Positions 38,926 to 48,363 of a DNA stretch of 64,000 bases are shown here, one piece after another. The stretch spans positions 128,001 through 192,000 of the forward strand of contig CAXXFK010000025.1 of the NCBI GenBank assembly GCA_963663965.2. The letters are read 5' to 3'. The position numbers were made by a program, and so were the translations under genes. The notes beneath the pieces are model-generated. The model was not told where the DNA came from. It worked only from the letters and a program-made list of their open reading frames with translations, and did no database searches. Numbering within the stretch: position 1 is the first letter of the stretch; every line of letters begins with the position of its first letter. This stretch comes from Sedimentisphaerales bacterium. GTDB taxonomy: Bacteria > Planctomycetota > Phycisphaerae > Sedimentisphaerales > SM23-30.

Positions 38926-40017
38926 TCATTCAGAGGGATGTTTATGGAGATAAGCAAGTCCGGCGTCAGCGGCTTTGGCCATATTGACGGGATCGATACC
39001 ATAGGACCGTGCCAGGTTGATCGTACCGAAGATTCTGTCGTTAGGAGCGAGTTTGCGCTGAGGGTCTCTGGCGGCTCTTTCGATCGAATCATCCAGGTAA
39101 GGGTTGGTCATCCTGGCCAGTAAATCTTCGGCATAGGCGCGATAGCCGGATTCCGTGAAAAGTTCTTCGTTCAGATCGGCGTATTTCTGGACAAGGGCTC
39201 TGCCCGATTCGCCGATAAATGCCTCTCTGGCGATTTGCATCAGTTCTTGATCGTCGATTAGTTGCGACATTTTGGTATAGCCTTTGTCCGCTCCCAGATA
39301 AGCAAGCAGGGCATGGATGGCATTATGGCCGTATAGTTTGGCTTCTTCGAAGGGTAGGAGATCATCCTTTTCTATAAAGACCGGTATTCCTGGTTTGAAA
39401 TCTGACAAATGGCAGCGGGACACCAGGATTTGATTGAAGGATTCAACCAGATAGGCGCGTTCCAGACCGGGGGTAATCGGAATCAGTTGTTTTCTGGCAA
39501 TTTCGTGTGGATCTGCAATGACCTGGCTCATTTTTCCAATGACGGTATTGAGATATTGCACGCGAGGACAGGAGCCAATCTGTTCCTGAAGCATCTCGGC
39601 GGCGTGGTTGTGGTTTTCCGCGGCATAAATAATGGTAGCCGGAGCCTGACTGGATTCAAGTCCCTGTTTGATCAGTGAAACAACTGAATGCTCTCCAGCG
39701 CTGTAATATTGCACTGAGGGCAGGGAAGTGACAATTTCCGTCGCCTGGCTCAGGGCCTGCAGCAGGGCTTTTCTGTCAGAAGGATCCCCCGGGTGATAGG
39801 TTTCGATATTGGATACACTTTCGGTAACAATGCCGTCATGAGACGCAATGTTGATCGTATATTGCCCCCGGCTGGCCCGGAGCGCCGAGACCAGCTCTTG
39901 GTCAATCTCGGCAATGACTATTCTGGAAAAGTTACCGCTTTTAAAGGCTTCACAGGCAAACAATCCAGCTTGAATCGGCCCGAATCCGAAGCCAACAAAT
40001 ATATGATTTTTATCCAT
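38926..40017 (-). CDS. Mannitol-1-phosphate 5-dehydrogenase-like polyol(-phosphate) dehydrogenase
   Basis: Start moved to ATG 40017. Motifs FGFGPIQAG, AAEN, KLYGHNAIHALLAYLG, RMTNPYL.D...R.ARDP.RKL..NDRI match MtlD. Confidence 0.75.
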   Translation of the reverse strand: MDKNHIFVGFGFGPIQAGLFACEAFKSGNFSRIVIAEIDQELVSALRASRGQYTINIASHDGIVTESVSNIETYHPGDPSDRKALLQALSQATEIVTSLPSVQYYSAGEHSVVSLIKQGLESSQAPATIIYAAENHNHAAEMLQEQIGSCPRVQYLNTVIGKMSQVIADPHEIARKQLIPITPGLERAYLVESFNQILVSRCHLSDFKPGIPVFIEKDDLLPFEEAKLYGHNAIHALLAYLGADKGYTKMSQLIDDQELMQIAREAFIGESGRALVQKYADLNEELFTESGYRAYAEDLLARMTNPYLDDSIERAARDPQRKLAPNDRIFGTINLARSYGIDPVNMAKAADAGLAYLHKHPSE

Positions 40018-40033
40018 GGGTAAATGAGGATGA

Positions 40034-41236
40034 TTATTCTGTTTGCTGATCGTTGGGCCCGTAATAGATCTGATCCAGTTCGGAAAAGCGCCAGTCAATT
40101 CCTCTGGTAAGCGGGTTGCGGAGCTTGCTGTTATCGTGAATGGCTTCCAGGGTCGATGGCCAGTTTTCGATGCCGGCGATTGAATCGACTTCCCTGACGC
40201 TCTGGGCGCCCAGGATATTGGCTGCTTTTATAGCGCTGATCGGGTCCATTCCCTTTAGAAATGCGGTAAGGAATCCGGCAATGGTGGCGTCGCCGGCGCC
40301 AACTGCTGAACCGAACCGATCCGCCTGGTAGGAGGGTGCCCAAAGTTCTCGATCAGACCAGTGATTGGTATTGTGAACGACAGGAGGCAGAGAATCGATA
40401 ACCTGGCGTTTGGCAGTTCTCAGGTAAAAGCCATTGATCCCCGCTTTGATGGCAGCCAGTTTGACGCCTAAGTTCAGCATGGAACTGGATAAGCGGGAAA
40501 AATCCTCAGTGGTATAAGCCGTGACCGGATCGTTATGGCCGGTCTGGGCTTTGCGGCGATCAAACAGATTACGGTCGAGCATAAAGGCAATTTCTTCGAT
40601 GCTGGGCAGGAAGATATCAACATAAGGCAGGACCTTTTTCAGAATGACAGGCCAGTTGGCCCGGCCCGAAGCGCTGTTTGGATCCGGTAAAGACATGTCC
40701 AGGCTGACAATAACACCCATTTCCCTGGCTCGCTTGACAATTTCGTAAAGTTCCCGGCCGTCATTTTGATACATCCTGCGCATCAGAGGCGGATAGCCAA
40801 AGTGTAACAGGTCACATTGCGACAAGGTGTCGTAATCGATATCATCCATGGAGAAGGTATCGTTCGTGCCGGCGTGGTGGAGGAACATGCGGTCGATACC
40901 GGGAAGGGCCAGAACGATACTGTATGATGTACCCTGATCCGACACGGTTTTAAATGAAGAGGCTCGATGCGGCCCGACGCGTTGTTTAATGATATCACCA
41001 AACGCATCATCACCGACTTTGCCATTGAGTTTGACATCCATGCCTAATTTTGCCATAGCCAGGCCGGTGTTTGACACGGTTCCGCCTGTGCCAATAACGG
41101 CTTGTTGCACGTCGATCAGTTTACCGGGCGTCAAAATATGGCTGATATCGCCCTGAGTTTCAGCCGGGAAACCAGGAGCGATATCCAGGCAGATGTGCCC
41201 GGCAACCATCGCTTTGGGAGTCGATTTATTCATCAT
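40034..41236 (-). CDS. PfkB-family carbohydrate kinase
   Basis: Motifs GGTVSNTG, GKVGDDAFG, DIFLPSIEE, AVGAGDATIAGF. Confidence 0.9.
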   Translation of the reverse strand: MMNKSTPKAMVAGHICLDIAPGFPAETQGDISHILTPGKLIDVQQAVIGTGGTVSNTGLAMAKLGMDVKLNGKVGDDAFGDIIKQRVGPHRASSFKTVSDQGTSYSIVLALPGIDRMFLHHAGTNDTFSMDDIDYDTLSQCDLLHFGYPPLMRRMYQNDGRELYEIVKRAREMGVIVSLDMSLPDPNSASGRANWPVILKKVLPYVDIFLPSIEEIAFMLDRNLFDRRKAQTGHNDPVTAYTTEDFSRLSSSMLNLGVKLAAIKAGINGFYLRTAKRQVIDSLPPVVHNTNHWSDRELWAPSYQADRFGSAVGAGDATIAGFLTAFLKGMDPISAIKAANILGAQSVREVDSIAGIENWPSTLEAIHDNSKLRNPLTRGIDWRFSELDQIYYGPNDQQTE

Positions 41237-41237
41237 G

Positions 41238-42188
41238 TCAGCCCTTAAAAAGTCCTTCCAGCAGTGGCTTTCTCATAATCTGCCGTCCCCGCAAGAACCA
41301 GTCTGTGGTCATGTCGGCGCTGCCCCTGGGGGGGATGAGGCCAGTGGCAAACTGGGGATCGGCAGGAGGCTTGGCGATGACCAGGTCCAGCGGAACCGCG
41401 GAGTTTTCATTAACGACGGCCAGTTGAAGGTTGTCAGGGTGGCAATTGCTCCAGCCATGCGCGCAGGGTCCAAAATCTTTGGTGGCGACATACAGCTTTT
41501 CGCCTTGATCCAGTATGACCGGTTCAAGTTCGTCAAATTCATCCTGTATGGCCGGAGGAATCATAAACTGGTGTGCCCATTTCTGTCCCCGCTCACGAGC
41601 AGCCTTAAGATAAGGTCTGCTTTGGTTAACGGGATGTTCGAACGCTTTGGATGAAATAAAAATACAAAGTTTACTGGTATTAAAATCGGTCAGTTGGGTA
41701 AAATCCTCAAATTTGGCGGGAATCATGTCGATATACCCGCGTTCCTGCCAGAGACTGGCATAGGATCGATCCGGATCCTGGATCATGACGTACGTCCAGT
41801 CAGGATTCCAGGATTCGTTGGGAGGTTCAAACCCAACCAGGATTGAACGGGCATCAACCGTGCCGGAGGGCACCTGTTCTCCACCCGGGTAAACAGCGGG
41901 ATTAAATACAAAGACATTATTGTGCCCATGACGAGGTAAAATGGATGACACGAGTGCCTTATTACAAACCGCGTCATTAATCGCAATATAAATCGCCAGA
42001 ACCGTCTCCGGGACTTCAGGGATCAAATGGGCCAACTCAAGACTGTTGATGTCTTCGATGGGCGAAAGATAATTCTCATGCTGACAGATCAAATGAAAGG
42101 CGTCTAGCAGGAAATCCTTATACTGGTCAGGGGTACAGGATAACCTGGCATAAGTATGGATAGCTCTTTTTATTTGTGTACGTGTCAT
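41238..42188 (-). CDS. Hypothetical protein; C-terminal half resembles a D-lyxose ketol-isomerase-type cupin
   Basis: First gene of the kinase/dehydrogenase operon. Motif order K.EDF...VILDQGEK..V...AHGW...AVVNENS...D..DWF parallels the lyxose isomerase family, but HxH is missing. Confidence 0.5.
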   Translation of the reverse strand: MTRTQIKRAIHTYARLSCTPDQYKDFLLDAFHLICQHENYLSPIEDINSLELAHLIPEVPETVLAIYIAINDAVCNKALVSSILPRHGHNNVFVFNPAVYPGGEQVPSGTVDARSILVGFEPPNESWNPDWTYVMIQDPDRSYASLWQERGYIDMIPAKFEDFTQLTDFNTSKLCIFISSKAFEHPVNQSRPYLKAARERGQKWAHQFMIPPAIQDEFDELEPVILDQGEKLYVATKDFGPCAHGWSNCHPDNLQLAVVNENSAVPLDLVIAKPPADPQFATGLIPPRGSADMTTDWFLRGRQIMRKPLLEGLFKG

Positions 42189-42259
42189 AATATGCCAAAC
42201 GTGATAATATACATATTATTGACAAATAATTAGCAACCATCAAGAAAAAAATCTAAGAG

Positions 42260-42288
42260 TTGACAAGGGGGTTTGTTTTTGATAAAAT
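42260..42288 (+). promoter_or_regulatory. Sigma70-type promoter of the GntR regulator
   Basis: TTGACA-N17-TAAAAT with extended -10 TG, 26 nt before ATG 42315. Confidence 0.7.
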
Positions 42289-42314
42289 CATTAATTATTG
42301 CAGGAAATAAAGTT

Positions 42315-43436
42315 ATGGTAGATAATGCCTTAAAAGGTTTAAAATATCTTCAGATTGTTGATTTTGTCCAAGGTAAAATTACGAGTGGGGATTATGCTGC
42401 GGGTCAGCAAATTCCGACGCAAATTGCCCTGGCCAGGCAATTCAGAACTTCTCGTCCGACGGTGGAGAAGGCGCTGGATGCCCTGGAATTAAAAGGATTG
42501 ATTATCAGAAAAAAAGGGTCTGGTACCTTTGTCAGCGGTAATTCGGATCGTGGGGTAACTCAATTAAAAATCGGTTTTCTGGCGCCGCGCCCTCAGGTGG
42601 AAAATGATTTTGAACATCATTTTATTAATATGGTATTTTCGCGAATCTCTAATGAATCGAAAACGAATCGGTTTGCACTTTTGGGGGATACCGCGTGTTT
42701 TGGCAATGCGGATAATTTGCTTGGGCATGTTTTGGATACCTGCGATAAATTTATCCGGGAAAATATCAAGGGGGTATTTTATGTGCCGGTGGATTTCACT
42801 GAGGATAATGTGAAGATCAATCAGATGATTTGCGATAAACTGGATGCGGCAGGCATCCGGATTATTTTGATCGATCGAGATATCTGTCAGGCTCCTGAAC
42901 GAAGCCGATACGATGTGATCGGGATCAATAATCGCCGGGCCAGTTATCGATTGACGACTCATTTGATTGAAATGGGCTTGAAGGCGATTTATTTTGTGGG
43001 TTGCCGTCTTCATTCCAATGTGGTCAGAGAGCGTATTGAAGGTTTCCTGGCGGCGATGAGTGCGGCCGGTTTGACTGGACGGGTGGTACTCGATTATGAT
43101 TCCAAAGAGGTAGAGACTTCATCTCTGGCGCTCCAGAAACTATTAAAGCAAAAACCGCGCCCTCAGGGCGTAGTCTGTATCAATGATGAAACTGCCGGCG
43201 TGGTGATGCGAGACGCATTGAAGCTGAAGATTGAGTTGCCAGGCGGACTTCGTATTACCGGTTTCGATGATTTGCCCGCTTCCAGTTTGTTGTATTGTCC
43301 GTTGACGACTATCCGGCAGCCGGTTCCATTTATTGCCAGACAGGCCGTGGCGCGTATGTTTGACCGGATGGCCAATCCAGATTTTCCCGCAATGGATATC
43401 TATATTAGTGAACAGTTGATAATTCGTGAGTCCTAG
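42315..43436 (+). CDS. GntR wHTH + LacI-type sugar-binding domain regulator (AraR-like)
   Basis: Motifs G.QIPT...LA.QF..SRPTV.KAL..L...G.I.RKKGSGTFV; LIDR...N......T.HL...G; ITGFDD...LTTIRQP. Confidence 0.9.
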   Translation: MVDNALKGLKYLQIVDFVQGKITSGDYAAGQQIPTQIALARQFRTSRPTVEKALDALELKGLIIRKKGSGTFVSGNSDRGVTQLKIGFLAPRPQVENDFEHHFINMVFSRISNESKTNRFALLGDTACFGNADNLLGHVLDTCDKFIRENIKGVFYVPVDFTEDNVKINQMICDKLDAAGIRIILIDRDICQAPERSRYDVIGINNRRASYRLTTHLIEMGLKAIYFVGCRLHSNVVRERIEGFLAAMSAAGLTGRVVLDYDSKEVETSSLALQKLLKQKPRPQGVVCINDETAGVVMRDALKLKIELPGGLRITGFDDLPASSLLYCPLTTIRQPVPFIARQAVARMFDRMANPDFPAMDIYISEQLIIRES

Positions 43437-43527
43437 CAGGGGGTATTATTCCCTAAGTGTTTATCCGGATTGATCGCAGCAGCAGTTCAATTGTCATTAA
43501 CTCGATCACCGTTTAAAGGGGTAACAA

Positions 43528-43887
43528 ATGGCTGTATCGCAAGAGTTTCTTGATTTTGTATTGGAACAATTGTCAGGTTGGGATAAGGTGGTGTCTCGTC
43601 GCATGTTTGGCGGTGTGGGGTTATATTGCAAAGGGATGATGTTTGGATTAATTGCCGATGATGTGGCTTATTTAAAGGTGGATGACTCTAAACGGGGCGA
43701 TTTTGAGAAAAAGGGGTGTAAAGCCTTCCAACCCTTTCCGGAAAAAGCGATTTCAATGCCTTACTATGAAATACCTGTAGAGGTGTTGGAGGATCGTATT
43801 GCCTTGATTCAGTGGTGTGACAAGGCGTTTGGAGCGGCAAAACGAAAAAAGTTTAAAAAAGGGAAAGTAAATCGGACACCGGAATGA
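43528..43887 (+). CDS. TfoX/Sxy N-terminal domain protein
   Basis: Motifs RRMFGGVGLY, MFGLIADD.AYLKVDD, MPYYEIP.EVLED. Confidence 0.9.
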   Translation: MAVSQEFLDFVLEQLSGWDKVVSRRMFGGVGLYCKGMMFGLIADDVAYLKVDDSKRGDFEKKGCKAFQPFPEKAISMPYYEIPVEVLEDRIALIQWCDKAFGAAKRKKFKKGKVNRTPE

Positions 43888-44302
43888 TCTGAAGGGGTTT
43901 GGGCGGCCCAGGTGGCTGGGGTTATGATTTTTGCTAGAAATTGATGGATATTTCCAGATAAAACAGTTATAATGATAGTATCAATTTTGCCGAGTGTCGC
44001 TATAAGAAAATGAATTTTGTTTCTGTTTTTTAATCTAACTATCAAAGAATGCTCGTGTTATAACTAGTGTGGAATATTAACACCGCAGGTCTTGATGTTA
44101 TCTTAAGAAGGACAGGAAGATGGGAATGTGTCAAAAAGCATTAATTATTAATGGCATGAATGGCGACCTGGTCGTCTCATTGGGATCGGTTAGAAAGGAG
44201 GTGGTGCAGACATAAAACGGGAATGATAAATCATGGAGTTTTTGTGTTGTGTGTTTGATGGTAAGGCCTGATTTTTCACATTAAAAAAACGGAGAATATA
44301 GT

Positions 44303-45811
44303 ATGCGAAAGTTGTTGTTTGTATTGACGTGGTGTTTTTTAGTTACGATGGCTCAGGCCGGAACTATGGTGATTGATTCGGAAATCCCAAAAGATATTAC
44401 TGCAGAAGGAACGGGCTATAGTTTGTGGGATGGCATGTTTGTCAATGTTCCTGAAATTACTTTGCCAGTAATCAAATGCATCAATGGTATTTTGCGCATG
44501 GAGTCAACTAATTCTAGATGGGGCGGCAGTGAGTCGCCTTATGGCCCGTTTGTCTATGTCAATGTTATGGGTGATTTTTCGGTCGAAGTCGAAGTGACTG
44601 ATTATACTTATTTGAGTTCTGCCGGCGAAGATGGATGGCTGTATAATAATGACGGCGGGTTGATGGTGCGAGTACCCAACACCGATCCTTATCTGGAAGA
44701 CAACATCCAAAACTGTTTCTTCCCGATCTGGTGGTGTGGCAACTTCCTGCGCGCTAACGATGACGGAGCAAGAGACGAAATCGAAACCCCCAATAATGCA
44801 TGGGATGCCGGGCGCTTTCTTAAGATAACAAAGGTGGGAAACGCCTTTTATGCCTATTACAGCACTGACGGTAAAGACTGGATCGAATATAACAGTTCAC
44901 CCTTGATTCGAGATGATTTAAACAATATAACCCTGCAGGTTGGTTTGTTTCATGCCACTTGGAGCGACGCCTTAGGCGGATATATTGAATACGATAATTT
45001 TAAAATCACCAAAGAAACGGAAGGCTCCACCTCTGGCAATCTGATTGTCAAAGAAGGAAACGGTTCATCGAATTTAAGTGTTGTCCTGGACCGGGCACCT
45101 ACCTCCGATGTTATTGTTACATTGGATCCCAATGGCAATCCAGATGTCAATCTTGACATGGCTTCATTGACTTTTACGTCTGAAAATTGGAATGAGCCTC
45201 AAATCATATCGGTTTCTGCTGTTCAGGATGACGAGATTGAGCCAGTCGAAGCAGCTATTATTTCGTATGCCCTGACCAGTAGCGACACCAGTTTCAATGG
45301 CGGCTTGATCTTCCCCACTGAAGTTAAAATCATTGATGATGATGGCGCCAATTTTGTATTCAGTACGGAACCTGTGTCTGTACAAGAAGGTCAGAGTGTC
45401 GCTTACTCGGTAAGCCTGCTTAAGGCTCCCACGGCTGATGTGATCGCGATTCCGGATGATCCTTCCGATCCTAACCGACTGGAATTCGATCCGCCGACCC
45501 TGACCTTTACTCCCGAGAATGCACTCACTCCACAAACGATAACCGTATCAGCAATTGACAATGATGTCGTGGGTCCTGATCCGCGGAATATTGTGGTTAC
45601 TTATCATGCCACCAGCGATGATCTGGAATACAATGAACTGGCAGTAACTCTGGTTCATAAAGTCTTGGAGAATGATTGCGGCGCTTGGGGATATCTTGAC
45701 TTAGACTCCAATCATGATTGTATTATCGACCTGGAAGATTTTGCCGCGTTAGCCAACATATGGCTGTATTGTACTTATCCGAACGATCCAGCCTGTGTTG
45801 ATGTTAGATAA
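44303..45811 (+). CDS. Secreted protein: ConA-like (DUF1349-like) domain, two Calx-beta/cadherin-like repeats, 4-Cys half-dockerin
   Basis: Signal peptide. Motifs GDFSVEV...GGLMVR...YYSTDG..W...VGL; V.EG...SV.L...PT.DV...LTFT..N...PQ.I.V.A..D twice; tail DSNHDCIIDLEDFAALANIWLYC. Confidence 0.75.
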   Translation: MRKLLFVLTWCFLVTMAQAGTMVIDSEIPKDITAEGTGYSLWDGMFVNVPEITLPVIKCINGILRMESTNSRWGGSESPYGPFVYVNVMGDFSVEVEVTDYTYLSSAGEDGWLYNNDGGLMVRVPNTDPYLEDNIQNCFFPIWWCGNFLRANDDGARDEIETPNNAWDAGRFLKITKVGNAFYAYYSTDGKDWIEYNSSPLIRDDLNNITLQVGLFHATWSDALGGYIEYDNFKITKETEGSTSGNLIVKEGNGSSNLSVVLDRAPTSDVIVTLDPNGNPDVNLDMASLTFTSENWNEPQIISVSAVQDDEIEPVEAAIISYALTSSDTSFNGGLIFPTEVKIIDDDGANFVFSTEPVSVQEGQSVAYSVSLLKAPTADVIAIPDDPSDPNRLEFDPPTLTFTPENALTPQTITVSAIDNDVVGPDPRNIVVTYHATSDDLEYNELAVTLVHKVLENDCGAWGYLDLDSNHDCIIDLEDFAALANIWLYCTYPNDPACVDVR

Positions 45812-45847
45812 TTTATGTGATTGATAGTTAGATCAAATTAATCTACC

Positions 45848-45877
45848 GGGTCCGGAGTTTTTCTCCGGGCCCTTTTT
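45848..45877 (+). terminator. Rho-independent terminator
   Basis: GGGTCCGGAG-TTTTT-CTCCGGGCCC followed by TTTTT. Confidence 0.85.
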
Positions 45878-46021
45878 CATTGATTGTTCTTGAACATTCA
45901 AAATTTAAATTGTGCTTGATCGCGATCGAAGATTGCATGGAATATTGGCTAAGGGTATGATATAGTCATACTGGTTTTCATCTACGATTTCAATTTTTAA
46001 GGTTTTATTTTGGAGAATGAT

Positions 46022-47782
46022 ATGAAGCTTAAAAGTCTGGTTGCGATTTTCTTGCTTATTTGGTGTACGGATATATTTGGCGTTGTTATTTCGATTAACG
46101 GTCAGGCGCAGGTTCAGATTGTAATGGATGAGAATGCCGATGTGCCCGTGCATTATGCCGCAGAAGAGTTGGCCCGATTTTTGAAAGAGGTGACTGGGGC
46201 TGACTTCAGGATTGGGACTCAGCTTGAGGACGGTTGGAACGCGATTTATGTGGGAACATGCGGACCGGCGCCACTGGGTGATTTTCAGAATGAAGAGATT
46301 GGAATTTTGACTCAAGGTGATGATCTGTATTTGAGTGGGGGCGGCCTTCGTGGCCCATTATATGCGGTTTATACTTTTTTAGAGGATTATATAGGCTGTC
46401 ATTGGTGGAGTTCACAAGCGCAAACAATCCCAAAGCGGCCAACACTGGGATTTGTCAAGATCGATCATCGTTTTAAACCGGTCTTTGAGTTTCGCGAACC
46501 GTTCTGGACAGATGCCTTTGATGGCGCCTGGGCGGCGCGTAATAAATGCAACGGCCACAGCCAGCGATTGACGGCTCAGCAGGGCGGGCGGCATGTTTAC
46601 GAAGGATTCGTGCATACGTTTTATTCGTTGATCCCGCCGGACCGGTATTTTGCCGGGCATCCGGAATGGTTCAGCCAGATTGATGGCAAGCGAACCCATG
46701 ATCGGAGTCAGCTCTGTTTAACCAATGATACCATGCGAGTGGAACTCACTAAAAACCTTAAGGAACGTCTGAGAGTGAATCCGTCGGCTACGATTGCGTC
46801 GGTTTCACAGAATGACTGGCATGGCAATTGTCAATGCGAGGCCTGCCAGGCGATAGAGCAGGAAGAAGAGTCGCCGGCCGGTCTGGTACTGCGCTTTGTC
46901 AATCAGGTGGCGGCGGACATCGAACAGGAATTTCCGAATGTCGAAATCAGTACGCTGGCCTATCAGTATACCCGAAAGCCGCCAAAGATAACCCGGCCCC
47001 GGCCGAATGTCATTGTTCGATTATGCAGTATTGAGTGTTCCTTCAGTGTTCCGCTGGCTGATGAGCGAAACCAGAAGTTCCGGGATGATATCGTCGGCTG
47101 GTCACAGATTTGTAACCGGTTGTATGTGTGGGATTATACCACCAATTTCCGTCATTATTTCCTGCCGCATCCCAATCTGGGGGTGTTGGCGCCGAATGTG
47201 AAGTTTTTTGCGGATCATCATGTAGTCGGTTTATTCGAGCAGGGAGCCTATACCAGCCCGTGCGCGGAAATGGCAGAATTGCGGGCATGGGTACTGGCCA
47301 GGTTGTTATGGAATCCGAATCTGGATGGTGAACAGCTGATCGATGAATTTCTAGCCGGCTATTACGGCGCCGCGGCCGATGAGATCAAGGCGTATCTGAC
47401 GCTGATCCATCAATCTGTGATTCAGAGCGGTGACTGGCTGGGATGTTTTTCGCCGGATGACGCTAAATTTTTAAATTATGATACCCTGGCTCAGGGCTGG
47501 ATGCATCTGCAGGCAGCGGAGGCGATGGTGAGCGATAATACGGAACTGGTCCAGCGGGTACAGGTTGCCCAGTTGCCGGTGATGTATGCGGTGATGCGTA
47601 ACTGGAAAAAATTCCAGCAGCAGGCTGCCGATTCTGATTTGATCTGGCCAATGGCAAAAACGCCCGATGAAGTCTATGAGCAATTTATGCAGATTGCCCG
47701 CGATAAAAAGGTCACCCGGTTGAACGAGTGGCAGGATGGATTTGCGCTGTTGGACGATGCGTTAAAAAAAGCGAAACAATGA
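46022..47782 (+). CDS. DUF4838-domain secreted protein (putative glycoside hydrolase)
   Basis: Signal peptide. Motifs AAEEL..FL..VTG, LYAVY.FLE...GC.WW, HPEWF, QLCLTN, SVSQND...CQC..C, LAYQYT, W.Y.TNF, ARLLWNP. Confidence 0.8.
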   Translation: MKLKSLVAIFLLIWCTDIFGVVISINGQAQVQIVMDENADVPVHYAAEELARFLKEVTGADFRIGTQLEDGWNAIYVGTCGPAPLGDFQNEEIGILTQGDDLYLSGGGLRGPLYAVYTFLEDYIGCHWWSSQAQTIPKRPTLGFVKIDHRFKPVFEFREPFWTDAFDGAWAARNKCNGHSQRLTAQQGGRHVYEGFVHTFYSLIPPDRYFAGHPEWFSQIDGKRTHDRSQLCLTNDTMRVELTKNLKERLRVNPSATIASVSQNDWHGNCQCEACQAIEQEEESPAGLVLRFVNQVAADIEQEFPNVEISTLAYQYTRKPPKITRPRPNVIVRLCSIECSFSVPLADERNQKFRDDIVGWSQICNRLYVWDYTTNFRHYFLPHPNLGVLAPNVKFFADHHVVGLFEQGAYTSPCAEMAELRAWVLARLLWNPNLDGEQLIDEFLAGYYGAAADEIKAYLTLIHQSVIQSGDWLGCFSPDDAKFLNYDTLAQGWMHLQAAEAMVSDNTELVQRVQVAQLPVMYAVMRNWKKFQQQAADSDLIWPMAKTPDEVYEQFMQIARDKKVTRLNEWQDGFALLDDALKKAKQ

Positions 47783-47912
47783 GGATGATATTAATATGAT
47801 CAATTATACAAGTCCCCAAAAGAGGTTTGCTTTCAGTTGTTTAATCATTGGGAGCAGTGTTTATTGTCTGGGATGTCTATCTATTACCGAGATATACAGG
47901 AGTCAAACGACT

Positions 47913-48353
47913 ATGGAAGCACGTATCAGTACAATCACTCTTGGAGTTTCTGACCTGGAACGATCTTATCGATTTTATAAAGAGGGATTGGGTTTTTCAA
48001 CAAAGATGACTCCAGATGGGGGAATCGTGATCTTTTCGATGCAGGGGACCTTATTGTCCTTGTATCCTTATGATAAACTGGCAGAGGATGTCACCCTGTC
48101 GATCAAAGACGGCCCATCGGAAAAAGGGCGATTCCCGGGATTTACCCTGGCCCATACCGTGCGAAAAAAAGATGAGGTCGACACCGTGCTGGCGTTGGCC
48201 GGGAAGGCCGGCGGAGCTATCATTAAACCGGCCCAGGATGTTTTCTGGGGCGGCTACAGCGGTTATTTTGCCGATCCGGACGGTTATCTCTGGGAAGTCA
48301 ATTATTCCGAAGCATTTAAATTTAATGCCGATGGCAGTTTGTCGATAGAATAA
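47913..48353 (+). CDS. VOC/glyoxalase family protein
   Basis: Start moved to ATG 47913 (AGGAG upstream). Motifs ITLGVSDLERS..FY..GLG, WGGYSGYFADPDG.LWEV. Confidence 0.9.
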   Translation: MEARISTITLGVSDLERSYRFYKEGLGFSTKMTPDGGIVIFSMQGTLLSLYPYDKLAEDVTLSIKDGPSEKGRFPGFTLAHTVRKKDEVDTVLALAGKAGGAIIKPAQDVFWGGYSGYFADPDGYLWEVNYSEAFKFNADGSLSIE

Positions 48354-48363
48354 TCTGGTACTG

